A stretch of 64,000 nt of DNA from Balanoglossus misakiensis. Its lineage: Eukaryota > Animalia > Hemichordata. The DNA is taken from contig CM082577.2 of NCBI GenBank assembly GCA_040954595.2, positions 13,275,903-13,339,902 on the forward strand, written 5' to 3'. This document shows positions 13,830 to 44,039 of the stretch, piece by piece. The notes below the pieces were generated by a model. That model did no database searches. It worked only from the letters and a program-made list of their open reading frames with translations, and was not told where the DNA came from. Each line of letters begins with the position of its first letter. Positions within the stretch are counted from its first letter, which is position 1. The translations under genes were made by a program, and so were the position numbers.

Positions 13830-16800
13830 GGCAAAAAAAAAAACGAGTTTTGTTTAGCGTCCAAGCAAAATCTCAAAATTGATGCGGTGGCGTGGCTTTT
13901 TTTTTTTTTTTTTTCTGCGAAACAAGAACAGCAAATATTTCTTTAATAGTCCAAAATTAAGGGGGGATTTGGTCAAAGTAGGGGGGAATCATGATTTGCA
14001 TAATTTATGTTATTAGGTAAACATCAAGGAATGACAATTTTGAACGTTAACTTACTAACTGCCTAATTCCATATTAAAAGCAGCATAAGTAAATTACAAC
14101 ATTTTACATGTGAACTTGACAACATATTAACAGTTACAGTTTTTTCTACTTTAAATTAGTAGATTTTGCAGAGGAAGACACCAGCTTGCATAACTTTCAG
14201 GGCATGTAATTTAAAAAATGCTGGAGAGCTGAAAATAACTCTCCTGAAATTAATTACACAAGTGGTAGGAGAGTGACTGATTAACTGCTCCCCCGGCAAG
14301 TAGAGTGAAATGAATAAAATAAATGCAACTGCAAAAACAATAGTGTCTTTCTTTAATTTTATACCTGAGAAAAAAAAATTCTTGTTTGATTTTAAAAGTT
14401 TCAGTTTAGCTGCCAAAATATTAGATTGTGAAACCATTAATAGTTAAATAAATTGAAGTGGTATATATTCCTTCAGATTTCTGCCTACACTTCTCCATCT
14501 GTGGCTAGGCACACTACTCAAATAAACAGTCTCTGTACATATTGAATGACTTTCCTTCCTAAGTAAGAAAACAAGGTCATGGAAAACGGATACATTCTTG
14601 ATAATCGCCATGGCAGGAACGCAGTTTCTTTAATTTGCATAAAATTGTTACGTTCTGCCAACCCAATTTCAAAAGTCGCCATAACAACAAGTTAATTTGA
14701 GTGCAGAGTGTGTGCTCTAAATTTAGACGGTATTCAGGCTGTTCCAACAACTGCACACTATAGCCCTGGAGCTAAATAACACGTAATTGAAAGTGAAAGT
14801 CATCTACAACATAGTTTTTGGGGTGGGAAGTTAAAATGTGTAGGCCAACACTCAGTTATATCGGCCGTTTTCCCAGTGCTTTGACTGACGGTGCCTGCTA
14901 TGGAGGCTTGGACGCGCATGTACTGGCTGGGTGGGCTGTTCACGAAGGGGCGATTGTCGCCCCCTGAAGTTGTTACAAGGGGCGCTTCAAGTGTAAAAGA
15001 GGGGGAATCGCGCGATCGCGCGTCCTGGAGAAAACACTGCTGGCACAGTGAGTTGATTTCCGGGTTCGAAAATTACGAAAAAAAGCCTCGACGCGCATGT
15101 AGTGCGGTATGGTATGTCATGAAAAACAGCTCCCGTAGGATTTTTGTGCTAAAATTGATTTTTTTTGCTGTTTTGGCTTCTATGGGGACCCAACTACCCA
15201 AAAATGATGGGGTGCAATTTTAAGGGCCCCTCCATCATATTTTTCTGGGGGGGGGGGGTACTTCCGTTTTGTGGTATGGTGTGTATTCCCGTTGGATTTT
15301 TGTGCTAAAATTGATTTTTTTTGCTGTTTGGCTTCAATGGGGACCCAACTACCCAAAAATCATGGGGTGCAATTTTTAGGGCCCCTCCATCACTTTTTTT
15401 TCTGGGGGGGGGTACTCCCGTTTTGGCCTCCCCAAAGATATTTATTCACCTATCTACTCCATTTTCGTACAATTTTCTGCTAAAGAATTTTTTTGCTGTT
15501 TTGACTTAAATGGGCACCCACCTGCAGCTGGTCACAAAAGATCACATGCAAATTTTAGGGCTCCTCTATTACATTTGTGGGAGGGGGGCACTTCCATTTC
15601 GACAATCTTAACGGTATTTATTCACCTATTTCCTGTATTCTCGTAGTAGTTATTTGTTTTGTTTGCTGTTTTGGTTTCATTGATGAATAAACACCTCCAA
15701 AAAGATGGAAATCAATTTGTTGGACCCCTCCATCACATTTTCTTGCAGGGCGGGTCACTTTTGTTTTAGCAGCCCTGGAGATATTTGTTCATTGATCTAA
15801 CCTTCATAGTGTGACATTTTTTTGTTTAACTTCTATTGGGACCTAACTGCTCAAAAATGAGGGAGGTCAAATTTTAGGGCCCCTCCCCATTTTGGGAATC
15901 TCAAATATAAGACGGTTTATGGGGTAAACATATCAGTTACCTACATTTGTATCAGTTGTCACATATACTACAGCGCTGTCTTAGTTTTATAAATATACTT
16001 AGTTGAATTATGACACTAACAAATCAACCACAAATATCTCTCTGATTTTGACTAATATACCTCCCCTCCATAATATACCTCCCCTCACGTAGGACCGCCA
16101 CCCAACTCATCACCACACTCATGTTTTCTATGGTTTACAAAAGTATAGTATACTAGGCTATACCAAATAGTATAATATATTAGGGTTACTCTTTTTTCTC
16201 TTTCCCGGGGCAATTAGTGAAAGTCTGTGCAGATGTGAACTTTTTCGTTAAGAGTTGCTTATTCTTTCGTAGCACAATCAATGTCTGAGATATTTACCAT
16301 TGTACTAAAATTCTCACCGATATCAGTCTGTGCAAAAACTCTGAAGTACGTTTTAGTTCAACACTTTGGCAAACCAAATTGCGAGAAATACCACGACAAT
16401 ACTAACCGTATAGTAAATAGGTGAACAAGTATCTTCAGGGTGGCCAAAACTGAAATGATTACCCCCCCCCCCCCCCGATGGAAGGTTCCAAAAATTTGAA
16501 CCCACCCTATTTTAGTTCTGGTGGAGCCCCATTGAAACCAAAACATCAAAGAAAAATAATATTTTTAGCGAAATATTCTATGAGAAGGGAGTAAATAGGC
16601 CAACAAACAACTTCGGAGTGGCCAAAATGGAAGTGCCCCCCCCCAAATAAAAAATGATGGAGGGGCCCTAAAATTTGCACCCTATTATTTTTGGCCAGGT
16701 GGGTCCCCTCCAAAGCAAAAACAACAAAAGCAAATTATTTGTAGCCCAAATTCCCATGATAATAGAGTAAATAGGCCAACAAACAACTTCGGAGTGGCCA

Positions 16801-17361
16801 CAATGGAAGTGCCCCCCCCTCCAAATAAAAAATGATGGAGGGGCCCTACAATTTGCACCCTATTATTTTTGGCCAGGTGGGTCCCCTCTAAAGCAAAAAC
16901 AACAAAAACAAATTAATTGTAGCCCAAATTCCCATGATGATAGAGTAAATAGGTGAACACATATCCTCGAGTGACCAAAACAGAAGAGACCCCCCGAAAA
17001 AAAATTGATGGAGGGGCCCTAAAAATTGCACCTCATGATTTTTGGGTAGTTGGGTCCCCATTGAAGCCAAACAGCAAAAAAAATCAATTTTAGCACAAAA
17101 ATCCTACGGGAATACACATCATACCACAAAACGGAAGTACCCCCCCCCCAGAAAAATATGATGGAGGGGCCCTTAAAATTGCACCCCATAATTTTCGGGT
17201 AGTTGGGTCCCCATAGAAGCCAAAACAGCAAAAAAATCAATTTTAGCACAAAAATCCTATGGGAATACACATCATACCACACTAATGTTTAAAAGTGACG
17301 CGCGCGAGGACGCTAAACAAAACTTTTTTTTTTTTTTTTTTTTTTTTTTGGGGGGGGGGGC
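13830..17361. mobile_element. Non-autonomous TIR DNA transposon (Harbinger-like) hosting a nested Academ derivative
   Basis: Inverted repeat AGTTTTGTTTAGCGTCC (13846-13862) / GGACGCTAAACAAAACT (17308-17324) with outer poly-A/poly-T. TAA flanks both ends (13827-13829, 17362-17364). Confidence 0.65.
15100..17284 (+). mobile_element. Non-autonomous Academ element (internal-deletion derivative of the family at 57495)
   Basis: TAGTG...CACTA termini and a 3-bp TSD ATG (15097-15099, 17285-17287). Long imperfect TIRs built of ~150-180 bp subterminal units. 15100-~16370 aligns by eye with 57495-~58750. Confidence 0.88.
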
Positions 17362-17934
17362 TAACTGTATTTTGTTATTGTTAGCTTTCTTATGCCGTCT
17401 GATGCAACTATTGACACCATAGTTCGATGTGTTCGCAATCTATTAAATCATACATGGATATACGGACAGGTGGCGTCCTCACCGGTGCTATGCATGAATG
17501 GTGTTTGCTAATCGCGTTCGGCAAAAGAACGAGATCAACAAAGCCAAAACAAAACAAAGTTAAAGTGGAACGTTGTGATCCGTTTTTGAGCCAATTCTGC
17601 GAAATGCGATTAAAAAGTACTATGAAAAACGTTGGTTTCATTCACTTTCACTTACGCATAACAGAGCTACAGCCAGCCAAAAACTGCGCGAACCCGGAAG
17701 TGAGTGACGTCAGCAACTCGTTGGAGCGAGCTTATGCTTATACACGCCTGCACTCACGCGACCGACGACGTTAGCATGGCAACATATTCTCGGGTAGTCG
17801 GCTACAATTTTGAACCAGAGATTCCCTTCTACGACCAAGCGACTGAATTTTACAGAGGACAAAAGTTCATGCAGTTCTGATCTCCGATGTGTCCCGTTTG
17901 TCAAGGCTTACACTTGGTGTGGTTTCAGTGAAAC

Positions 17935-17954
17935 CATAGACCCTAGAGTCTATG
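17935..17954. mobile_element. 20-bp palindromic insertion with a 7-bp TSD
   Basis: CATAGACCCTAGAGTCTATG (a palindrome with one mismatched pair) flanked by GTGAAAC at 17928-17934 and 17955-17961. Confidence 0.7.
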
Positions 17955-19820
17955 GTGAAACAGACAATGCTGCAATTAAACAATACCCTCCCTTGTTGTC
18001 TCTCCCTCGTTGTCACCTTTTCGAACCACTTTTCTTACAAAAATACTTAGTCACCTTTTATGGAGTTGAAAAGAACGCAGGTGCATCGTCCTGCTCTCCA
18101 GGTGTAGTACGTCCGTAGTATAATGGAAGCCAATACTATAGTTATTGTATGCATGTTTCGTCTCTTGAAATGTATTAAAACTGCCCTTTTTAGTTGCTTT
18201 CATTTGATAACTATGCGATCGTCAATAAATGGAAATTAAACCCAAATACGTGTACCAAAAAACATGCAGGAAGGATTTAAAACGGTACGTTTATTATTAT
18301 CAGCGGCAGTTAGAACAACTTTGTATAGGCCTTACGGTTTGTTCATAAACGTCGACATGCATGGCATCATGGACATTGCAGGGTCTATGTCTGCACGCAT
18401 CGACAAATACAATACACGAAGAGCATTGCCTTTGAAAGAAACTTATCCCCGTCGATTTTCCGAATATGTTTTTAAAATCATGAACTTGACATTTCGCCAT
18501 GTCAGATCCGCGCAAAATGTGTCTGTTTATTGGAAATGACACGTCGAACGTGTAAGTTGCTGACGTCACTGTAGTATTTTCAACGCGCGTCTTCTGCTTG
18601 CGCAGGAAGTGAAAGTGAATTAACCCATCGGAACGTTGCCGTTTTTGACACCCGGTTTGTACTTTGAAGCCCAAAATTGAGGGTGTCGTTCCACTTTAAA
18701 CATGCTCTCTGTCCCCCTCTCTCTGTCTCTCTTTGCCTCTATGTCTGCGTGTCTGTCTGTCTATATGTTTGTCTGTCTCTCTCCATCTAATTTTTTTACT
18801 CATTGGATGTGCGCAGTGGATGTGCGCAGCTCGAGAGCGAACGACATACAGAGAAATTACCAATTCAAACTTAACAATAAATTGTCTCTTGCGCAGATTT
18901 CTACGGGATTATTACGCCATATTTTAGTTTATAAGCTGGCCGCTTCTTTTCTCCCCTGGCTTTTGAGACTTCTTTTCAAAATGTATGTATATAAAATCCA
19001 ATCAACATTATAGAACGAAATCATAAATTTTAAAAGGTAGGTCCTTGTCGGCATATTTTCTACTAATCTTATTATTTGCCTGATTCGCCACACCATACGG
19101 TTCACACAAGAGATACTTTTCTGATATTTATTCCCATATGTTACTCAAATGTCATAGAATGAGCCATCCAGACAACCATACACAATTAATATAGTGTCTT
19201 ATACCAAGGATTCACGACAAATATCAAATTGGTTGATATCTTAACACACTGTCTTTGCATGGGGTGAACCAGTACATTTCCCTTATAATTTATGTTTGCG
19301 GTTTTCTGCTGCGTGTGCGAAATATATTTGAAAATTCAGTGTCGTCGATCAATACCATGCTGAAGAATCCGCTTTTGCTACGTGCGTGTAATTATTTTTA
19401 TAGAATTATTAATTGAATCATCGATAATGAAAATGGGTATCTTTACTTTCTGTGGAAGTTTTACTAGACCGGACATGTCCTAGCAGGTAGGTGAACATCA
19501 ATGTCTCCACGTTTTGTATTTAGTGGATAGATTTGTTGATTTGTTGTTTGCGATGCATAGTAGTTTTGTAACACTACCATACACGGCATATTGATAATGT
19601 CGATATCAAGTACAATTTACGATTCTACACCACTGTAGAGAACAATAACAAACTTTTAAGCTAGCAAAAAAGAAAAGCCTATATCGAGAATCCTACTAAC
19701 ATATCTTCCGAGATCACGATTGTAATAGAAGTCAAAATTGTAAATCAGTTCAATAAACTCCACAAATGTTTGGAAACTTGCGTGAACGAATTGAAGAAAC
19801 CACTGTGTTCACGCACGCAG

Positions 19821-19821
<1 letters not shown>

Positions 19822-19919
<98 letters not shown>

Positions 19920-19963
19920 CGCTGGCACACACGCCGGTACACACGCCGGCACACACACACACA

Positions 19964-20004
<41 letters not shown>

Positions 20005-20008
20005 ACAC
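19822..20008. repeat. (CA)n microsatellite, interrupted
   Basis: Seen directly; it explains the HT/CV-repeat ORFs in the track. Confidence 0.98.
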
Positions 20009-20394
20009 GGTTCTATCTCGTTATAGACAGTAGTGTTTTCCTGTCGCGCGAAATCGAAACCCTCACAAATGTAATTTGATTATGGGCATGCAAACGCATC
20101 CTACATTTGTAATATTTCATTTCATTTATGCAATCCGAATATATGGATGGTAAGATATTTGAAATTTGAAAAATATATGGCGTCTTAGGTAATCATAGCG
20201 ATGGTGCATCAAATGCAACGGAGTTAATAATATTGTACATACTATATGATACACATTTTTGTATGTTTCCTATTAATTTCATAATACGTTGTTTGGAAGT
20301 ATCTGTAAGTCTGTACCCACTGACGCAAGAAATAAGTGACTACTATAATGTATAAGTAAATATAAGACAATATATCAATGCAATAATCAGTAGG

Positions 20395-20400
20395 TTTATT
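20395..20400 (-). terminator. Candidate polyadenylation signal of the subtilisin gene
   Basis: AATAAA on the minus strand about 200 nt after the stop codon; a second one lies at 20514-20519. Confidence 0.45.
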
Positions 20401-20596
20401 CCCAGAAGATAATTACATACCAACAAGAGCTACCAAAGACGGTAGCCTAATTCAGGTCGTTTTTGCAGTACTCTAATGCAGTACAGAAAGACGGAAAGGG
20501 TCACTAATCCTAATTTATTGTTATTTTCCATGCGTAAGTCGCAGTGTAACCGCGAATGATGTCCACCTTCCCTGTTGAGTTTCAGTGAAGGCTGAT

Positions 20597-37060
<16,464 letters not shown>

Positions 37061-37294
37061 TATGTGTGATAAACTGTTATCGAAAATATAGTTTTGAAGG
37101 TGATGTGATATAATTAATATTTAGAAAAAAATGTTCCGTTCAAAGGATTTTCCAGGTCTGTGTAAAATGAACAGATTTTCTAACTGCCCAATCGAAACTA
37201 AACTTAGAAGATTAAACGAAAGTTCTGAAATCAGATAGTTTTGTTGACTATAATGTCTGCGACAATTTAGCCTTCCATCAAATTTAATACTCAC

Positions 37295-37367
37295 AGCGGG
37301 TTATATTATGAGCTTGTAAGCAGTAACATTTTTGTTCAACTAGTATTGGGTTCTTTGTATTTTTATA
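37295..37367 (-). promoter_or_regulatory. Predicted TATA promoter and short non-coding first exon of the subtilisin gene
   Basis: TATAAAAA on minus at 37367-37360, GTGAGT donor at 37294-37289, and CAG acceptor at 37076-37074, 13 nt before the ATG. Confidence 0.5.
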
Positions 37368-38439
37368 GGAACTGTACGACACACTTGTGTGCAACTAACC
37401 CGTATACTTCAATCTACATTCATTTGGTCACCATTGTTTATCAATAAGATGGAGGCTTTATCGACGATGTATCAAGTTATCATAATTGTTTTTTTTCCTC
37501 ATAAACAGTAGCATTGTTGTACAAAAGGTGTTTGCTTCATTTTATTATTACAGTGAATGTACTGACACACACGCATAAACTAACCTTACCGAATATGTAT
37601 AAGCTTCAAGTAACATACCTTTGTCACCGTCGATGTCAAGTAGATGGTGAAAGTCGAACTGTCGAGAGACTTTGTCACCGTACCAAATACTAACGTACTG
37701 GATGTTGTTTTGTAGTGTATGTTTGGCATTTATAAGCACATTCATTCTTTATTACATGCATATTAAGTATCACAAAAAACATAATTGACTTTTCAACGCA
37801 TCCCAGGGTCTCATTTTTAATGAGCGAAAATAATAAATCATCCTGAGAACACTACCCGCAACATGAACGAGTGACAATTTTTGTCCCACTCCTATCCGCT
37901 TTCACGCTATTTACCCTAAGTCCTATTCTTGATTTTTTTTGTCATTTGGCATGATGTTTGCAAAGTCCAAATTGGTTTGAGTATTGTTAAAATATTGTTT
38001 TGATGATAATTATTAAAATATTGTTTGGGGAGACTTCAGACATCTTAACGCCACTAATCAGATTACTCTGACAGCCAAGAGACAGTCTCCAGTCATGTGT
38101 GTTCATCACTGGAAAAAATAAGCATGTAAGCAAAGGGAAAAATCGGTTTGACATGATGTAGTACTGATGTATAAAACCACCACCCTTGACAATTTTATCT
38201 TCCTAGCGTGGACTTATAAGCGTTGTATGGTGAAAATCTTACTGCAATTTTTGTGCTTGGCATGAATTTACCACATATGCAACTTTAGCCCAACAGAAAG
38301 CTTGATATCATTTGCAAGGTCACCTAAAATCGCCTGCCTTGCCTTATTGTCACACGCATACATTATATATAGCATATTTCCTGTTTATGTCAACGTTTAC
38401 CCGAAACGTTTCGTGACATTTGCATTTTTTATATCTCGC

Positions 38440-38646
38440 CGGCCGCCATAGTGTAGAAGAATGACGTCATAGTCCTTGCGTGATGCGCGCGATTTCGTCA
38501 TATGTCGCGCAATTTTCATAAATTTTGTATATTTGACATCATTATTTTCACTCCGCGTTGAAGAAGCTCTAAAAAGTTTAGGGTCGGCGGGTTAAAATTA
38601 GGGTAGGTCGGGTAATCGGAACAGCAAATATTTGTTTATTTTGGCC
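38440..38646. mobile_element. Truncated copy of the GGCC-terminated MITE
   Basis: Reverse-complement match to ~10512-10728; one TIR retained (GTAATCGGAACAGCAAATATTTGTTTATTTTGGCC). Confidence 0.75.
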
Positions 38647-40051
38647 TGAATAGAAAGGGATGGAGGGACGTTTGCATCGGGTGTTTCGGGCCATAGCAGT
38701 GGTTTGGGCCTGCATGCATTTCACATCAGAGCCAGCCAGTTTGTAATCGGTTAACCCTGATATGACATTCAAAGTATTTCAGCACTGAACTTACCCGGTC
38801 CCCGGCGTTACCCCCAGAATGCTATCATTTTAACCAAGTGCCTTTGAGTGCGTAGGGCTAACATAAAAAGCGTTTTTTTCTTACATGCAGGCCACAGGAA
38901 CACTGTTTGATTCTAATGTAAATGTCTGTATAGGTGCACCCAATTATTTTCATTTTTAAAATTTACGATACATAATTACGTGCTTGAAACTAGGTGTAGA
39001 ATTATATAGGACGCACCAACAAACGTTCACCTTCTACATCAAATGTTCAACCTACGATAACATATCTCGTTTACTCTTCGATTTTCAATTTTTTTAGATT
39101 TTAAAATGTGGTTGAATGGCGGCCACGGCTTCATTAGTCATCCAAATTTCTCACTAGAGGTCAACAAAACAACCCAACATTTCCGTGTAGCTGGTCTGTA
39201 ATTGGATTTTTTTTTGGAACATAGCAGCAAAACTATTTATATTTTTCAAAATGTTACTGGTACTTGCGTCAAAAACATTTTACGAAGGCAAAGCGTGTGT
39301 GGATATTAGAAACGGCTATGATAACGTTTTACGTTATAGAATAACGAGAACTTTTGGATATAGTTGTACATGTTTTACAGATGGTCATTGGGACATGTGG
39401 AATAATTACAAATAGTTTCCTACATTGTTTATCAGTGGAAACGAGTAACATCTTCTTTCCTTGAGGTGAAAGCCACAATTCCGTTATCTTAACTTTGCAG
39501 CGGGTACATGTATTCTAATTAGTTGTTTATTTGTTCATTTCCAATTCATGCATGTGCAGTAACACTATTTTCCTAACTATGCTCTCTTGCGACCATGAGG
39601 AAAACTGTACAGTTGGGTATTCGTTTTTTTAATTGGACATTTCTTTCTTTCAACAAATGTTATCAGAGACAACCCACACGGGCTCAGAATTCAATTTACT
39701 CTGTAATTGTTTCTCTCGTCGGCAAATGCCGGGTTTATTTATACTGCAACACGACGTTAGTCTAAAAATATAAATTTCACGATTTGTGAATTATTTGTAC
39801 GAGTATTAGCAATGATAGCAAATATGTCGTTAATAGAAAGACAGCACTTGTGGATTCAAGCGAAGATGGTGAATCAGGGCCGTGACAGGTTCATTACCAC
39901 CCATAACGTTATGTATTTTTTGTTATATGCATCAAGTATACGGTTTCTTTTTCGGTTTTCTAAATCAAGATCACATGCTTACAGTATTAATAAAACCGAT
40001 GTCTCCAAACACGCAGCTACCAATCGCAGTGCAACCGTTGATATCTTACAG

Positions 40052-40363
40052 GTATCGAAATGGGCACATGGGTTTATTGGATGACGAATACTGCGACGTC
40101 AGACCAAAGGGCTTCGTCTGTGAAATTCCAGGTACGCGGTGAATATAGTCATCAAATTAAAAAATACATAAAGTTGGAACTCATTCTGTGACATTACTTT
40201 TACATGGATGCTAACGGATCGGAATTTTGCTTACACTAGAGACCACATAATAAAAAGGGGAAGTTGCATGATTTTTAACTTTTGAGTTTTCACTGAGTCC
40301 ATATTGTTTTTATTTTTCGTCTTTCCAGATACGTACTGCTTAAGTCTTCAAATCAGAGGATAA
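40052..40363 (+). pseudogene. C-type lectin C-terminal exon (40052-40131) plus a short last exon (40329-40363); intact upstream exons not found
   Basis: AG/GT-bounded exon encoding YRNGHMGLLDDEYCDVRPKGFVCEIP (a WND-C...F-I/V-CE-like end with the Trp replaced). The phase-matched next exon reads DTYCLSLQIRG*. Confidence 0.55.
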
Positions 40364-42353
40364 ATGTAAACATGATATAGCCAGCACCAAGGCAATGACA
40401 TGACGGTGATGATGTAATAGAAAGACAAATCCATTCTCGATCTAGTATACGTACTGTTCATGATTCAACAATGTGCATAGCCGCCCGTAGTTATACAAAT
40501 TAATACTTTTGCGCTGTTTGCTTAGTTGAGATGCATTGTAATCAACCCAATTGCTTACTCTTTATTGTGTGTATTTAAAGGGCCAGCGCCATGCCCATAC
40601 CCACAACACGTAAAATCACTCTTTCGATGGTGAAGTCGACGTCTGTTGCCATCTAGAATCCCACATCGCCCAATACGGTTTAATAATTTTCAAGCAAAAC
40701 TGCCCGGTGGGCGTGTACCTCAAAGCCAGTCCAGTCGTCATTTATCGCTCTTCCGAATTTCAAGCTTAATTAATAGAATTTGACTTGCATGTTCTGTTTA
40801 GCGTTTGTCTCACTACAGGCGACAAGGCTGCCAAGTGCGCATGCGTCATTCTCAGGCTTTGTCATAACCTTTCCGGCTACTTTGTGAACTTGGCAATATG
40901 GCTCCCCAAACTGCAAAGTCCAGTACATTGATTTTTCGACGCTTGGGGAGATTTATCGAGCAACATGTATGAAAATTCACTTTTATAGAAGAAAGGGCAA
41001 CAAGAGTTGTTGTTCTTACATTGTACGGCGGTACCCACGTCACAAGAAAACGTGTGTATCTTAATTCTCGATACCTTAGGATTTGTCTTTGTGCTAGGGG
41101 TGTCCTCTTATAAAACGGCAATGGGCCACTCTCGTCCTCTTCAGGAATAGCCAAGAATAAGCAAAGGTAAAGACGGCGCCACATTCTACATCTGATTTTA
41201 ATCAGATTGATGTCAACGGTTACCGGACTGGTATATCCACATGGGCTGTCGACTAAAGGGTCGAGTAAACATTAAAAACCAAATATTGCAGGTGACCATT
41301 CACTAGCTATGGCATTTTTTATTTCTTTATGGACGGTTCATTTTTTTACGGTTAGGTATGGGAGGTGGTAACCCCCTCCGACATTATACCATTTTGTAAA
41401 ATAATTGGCTCGAAACTGCATTTTGCTGGACTCAAAAGCAAAAATGGAGGTGCAAAATTATGTGACCCCCTGTCCTAAACGTTTCTGACAAAATTTTGGT
41501 GTGGTCCAGGGAAAAGTGTATCAGCCTGTCAACACATGCCAGCATGATTGCATTCGTGTGAATGTCTATAATGCCCCATCCCACTTTTTCATTGCTTGAG
41601 GATGCCAACATGTTGGTATTCTACAATTACAAGCATTTCATATACGCAGTTTTAAAGACAACGTAGTTCCGCTCCATTGCGCAGTGACATGCTCTGATTA
41701 GACAACATCGCTGCAGCTGCATGTCCCTGTTGGGGCAGTGGCGTTCCGTGCCATTCTGGCGAGAAACGAGTCAACGGACAAGGCGGGTGTCATAACATCT
41801 ATTTGATTTCGGGTGGAATTTCTGGCTTGCAACCCCGCCATTTGTTGGGAGACACGACTCGGGTATGAGTAAGCAATTCGAATAGGTAGTTGTACGCCCT
41901 AGTCCGGAGTTTGACGGCGTCTTGTTAACAGTTCCAAACCGAGCAGAAAGATTTTGAGAGAAGAAAGTAAATTACCCCTACATACAATATTGCATATCTT
42001 CTTATAAATATATTAAATCTGACTTGACTTTTCAACCCCTCTTCAAAAGTTGAAAAATAAAATATTGTTTATAATCGGCGAAGAAACCGAGCACTGTTGT
42101 TAGTCGAAGCCAAGGATGTTGTGCATTTTATAGTTTTGCGCCCAAACGAATAAGATAAAAAAGAAATCGGTAAACTTCAGATAACACACGACTCTCATTA
42201 TTAGCTGATAGGTAATTTATTGAGGTGTTTCAACACTTGAGTCATGAATGTACAATACATGGGCCATTGAGGGCGTCACACTTACCCCCGTGTAAGGGTT
42301 ACATGGACAACACACACAGCTCTAAATTTTGATAAACGACGACAGTGTTATTA

Positions 42354-42583
42354 CTATAATAAAGCTGCACTTGACTCAGCCATAACCTCCACTTCACATA
42401 GATGCATGATTTGTGTCTTGTCGATCAACTGGATGCTGACGTAGCGGCCGCTCATAAGTGGTCGGCACCCACATCCGACGGTGATCTTTCGATTGGCTTG
42501 TGTGATCATGTCGCCACATTGTGGATTCTCTCCTACGTTCTCATTTTCTCCAACGCGTACCAGCGCGTTCTTGATACGGCTTG
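42354..42583 (-). pseudogene. F-type lectin (fucolectin/F5-8-like) terminal exon; upstream exons not found
   Basis: CAG acceptor at 42586-42584. Encodes SRIKNALVRVGENENVGENPQCG...GRYVSIQLIDKTQIMHLCEVEV..., then a stop and AATAAA at 42221-42216. Confidence 0.75.
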
Positions 42584-43396
42584 CTGAAATGCGAGAAAAA
42601 CATGAAACAAATAATGTTGTTTGTTCGTTTGTTTGTTTGCTTGCTTTACCCGTTGATGCATAGACCCTGATGATAGCACGCTGAGCCTCACGGTTTACCG
42701 CTTTTCTCATCCGTGGGGGATTACAGGGGGTGTATTGGCTGTGCGGTTTTGTGCCATGGATTGCTGACTACATGAATTGGTGAAGTAGGTTTTGTTTGGA
42801 ACCGGAAAATATAAGCAGATTTGCACAATATATGCATTTTAGTTGTCGCGGTGTTAAAGCATTACTTTGAGGAACTCGTGTGTGATTGTCCTGACGCCTA
42901 TTTCTTCGCGCATGTGCAGATATTACTCTCCGTTCCCACGTGCCTGTCAGAAGCACATCTTGTGAGAGTGACACCAGTTTTGAAATTTCTCGCTGTGGGT
43001 CATCTCTGCTTTTAACAATTCTAACTGCAAGCTTATTGTTCCCAAATTGCCAACAGTGATGTCATCGTGAAGAGCCTTGACTGATACACGTCCCACGCGC
43101 AGTAAATGGACAATGTAAAATGCTGCTTATCGCAACAATCCACTCGATTGAAGAAAATTCACGTTCTGGCTTAAATTCAATCTTCAAAAATAACAACGCT
43201 TACTACTGCAAAGGCTGTGCCTCAAAACAACAACCAAATACTGACGCATTCTTACAAAGAGTAGAAAAGTTACTGGGGCTTTAAGACACTGTCGTGCCCT
43301 CCATTCGACCTACCTTGACATGATACCACTAATACCGTTGCCACTGATGAAGCGAGGCCACTGCTTAGCTTGCTATCTTGATTTTGTACTTATTTA

Positions 43397-44039
43397 GGGA
43401 GCATTCGTTTTTTACAGGGAGGGGGGGGCCGGTGGAATTTGAGTCGCCGACTAAATGTAAAAGGCAACCCCCCCTGGAAATTACTTTTCTAAAATGTGAC
43501 CCCCCCCCCCAAAAAAAAGTTTATCCACCGGATTAAACTTATCAAACTTTGTCAGATATTGGTGTATGCTCGACATACCAAATTGAAGGGGGTGGGTTTG
43601 GGAGGGGGTGTCCCCCTCCCACGTAAGAAAATTTTATAAAATACAGAGCTCAAAGCTGCATTTTAATGAACCCATCAAAAGCAAATTAAAGTCGCCGCTC
43701 AAAGTTATCATGGGGTGGGGGCAAGTTCCCTGACCTGGGACACTAGATAAACCAGTCAATGATTGGAAGGTGTTGATGAATGAAGGGGGTGGGTGTGGGA
43801 GGGGGTGTCCCCCTGCCACATTAGAAAATTTTGTAAAATAAAGGACGCGAAACTGCATTTTTGTGGACTCAAAATAAATATTTAGCCGTCAAAGTTTTCA
43901 ATTCCCCCCCTTTCAGTCCTTATATAATAATCCCTTGATTATAAAATTTGTCCCCCCCTAAAAACTGCTTTGTAAAAGTAAACCCCCCCTGATTTCCACC
44001 GGCCCCCCCCCCCCCTCCCTGTAAAAAACGAATGCTCCC
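43397..44039. mobile_element. PIF/Harbinger-type MITE
   Basis: ~40-bp TIRs GGGAGCATTCGTTTTTTACAGGGAG(G)nCCGGTGGAA, TSD TTA (43394-43396, 44040-44042), and two internal ~200-bp G-rich direct repeats. Confidence 0.9.

Noticed and set aside
41330-41480. Segment resembling the interior of the 43.4-kb MITE
   Set aside because: Too degraded to define ends or a TSD.
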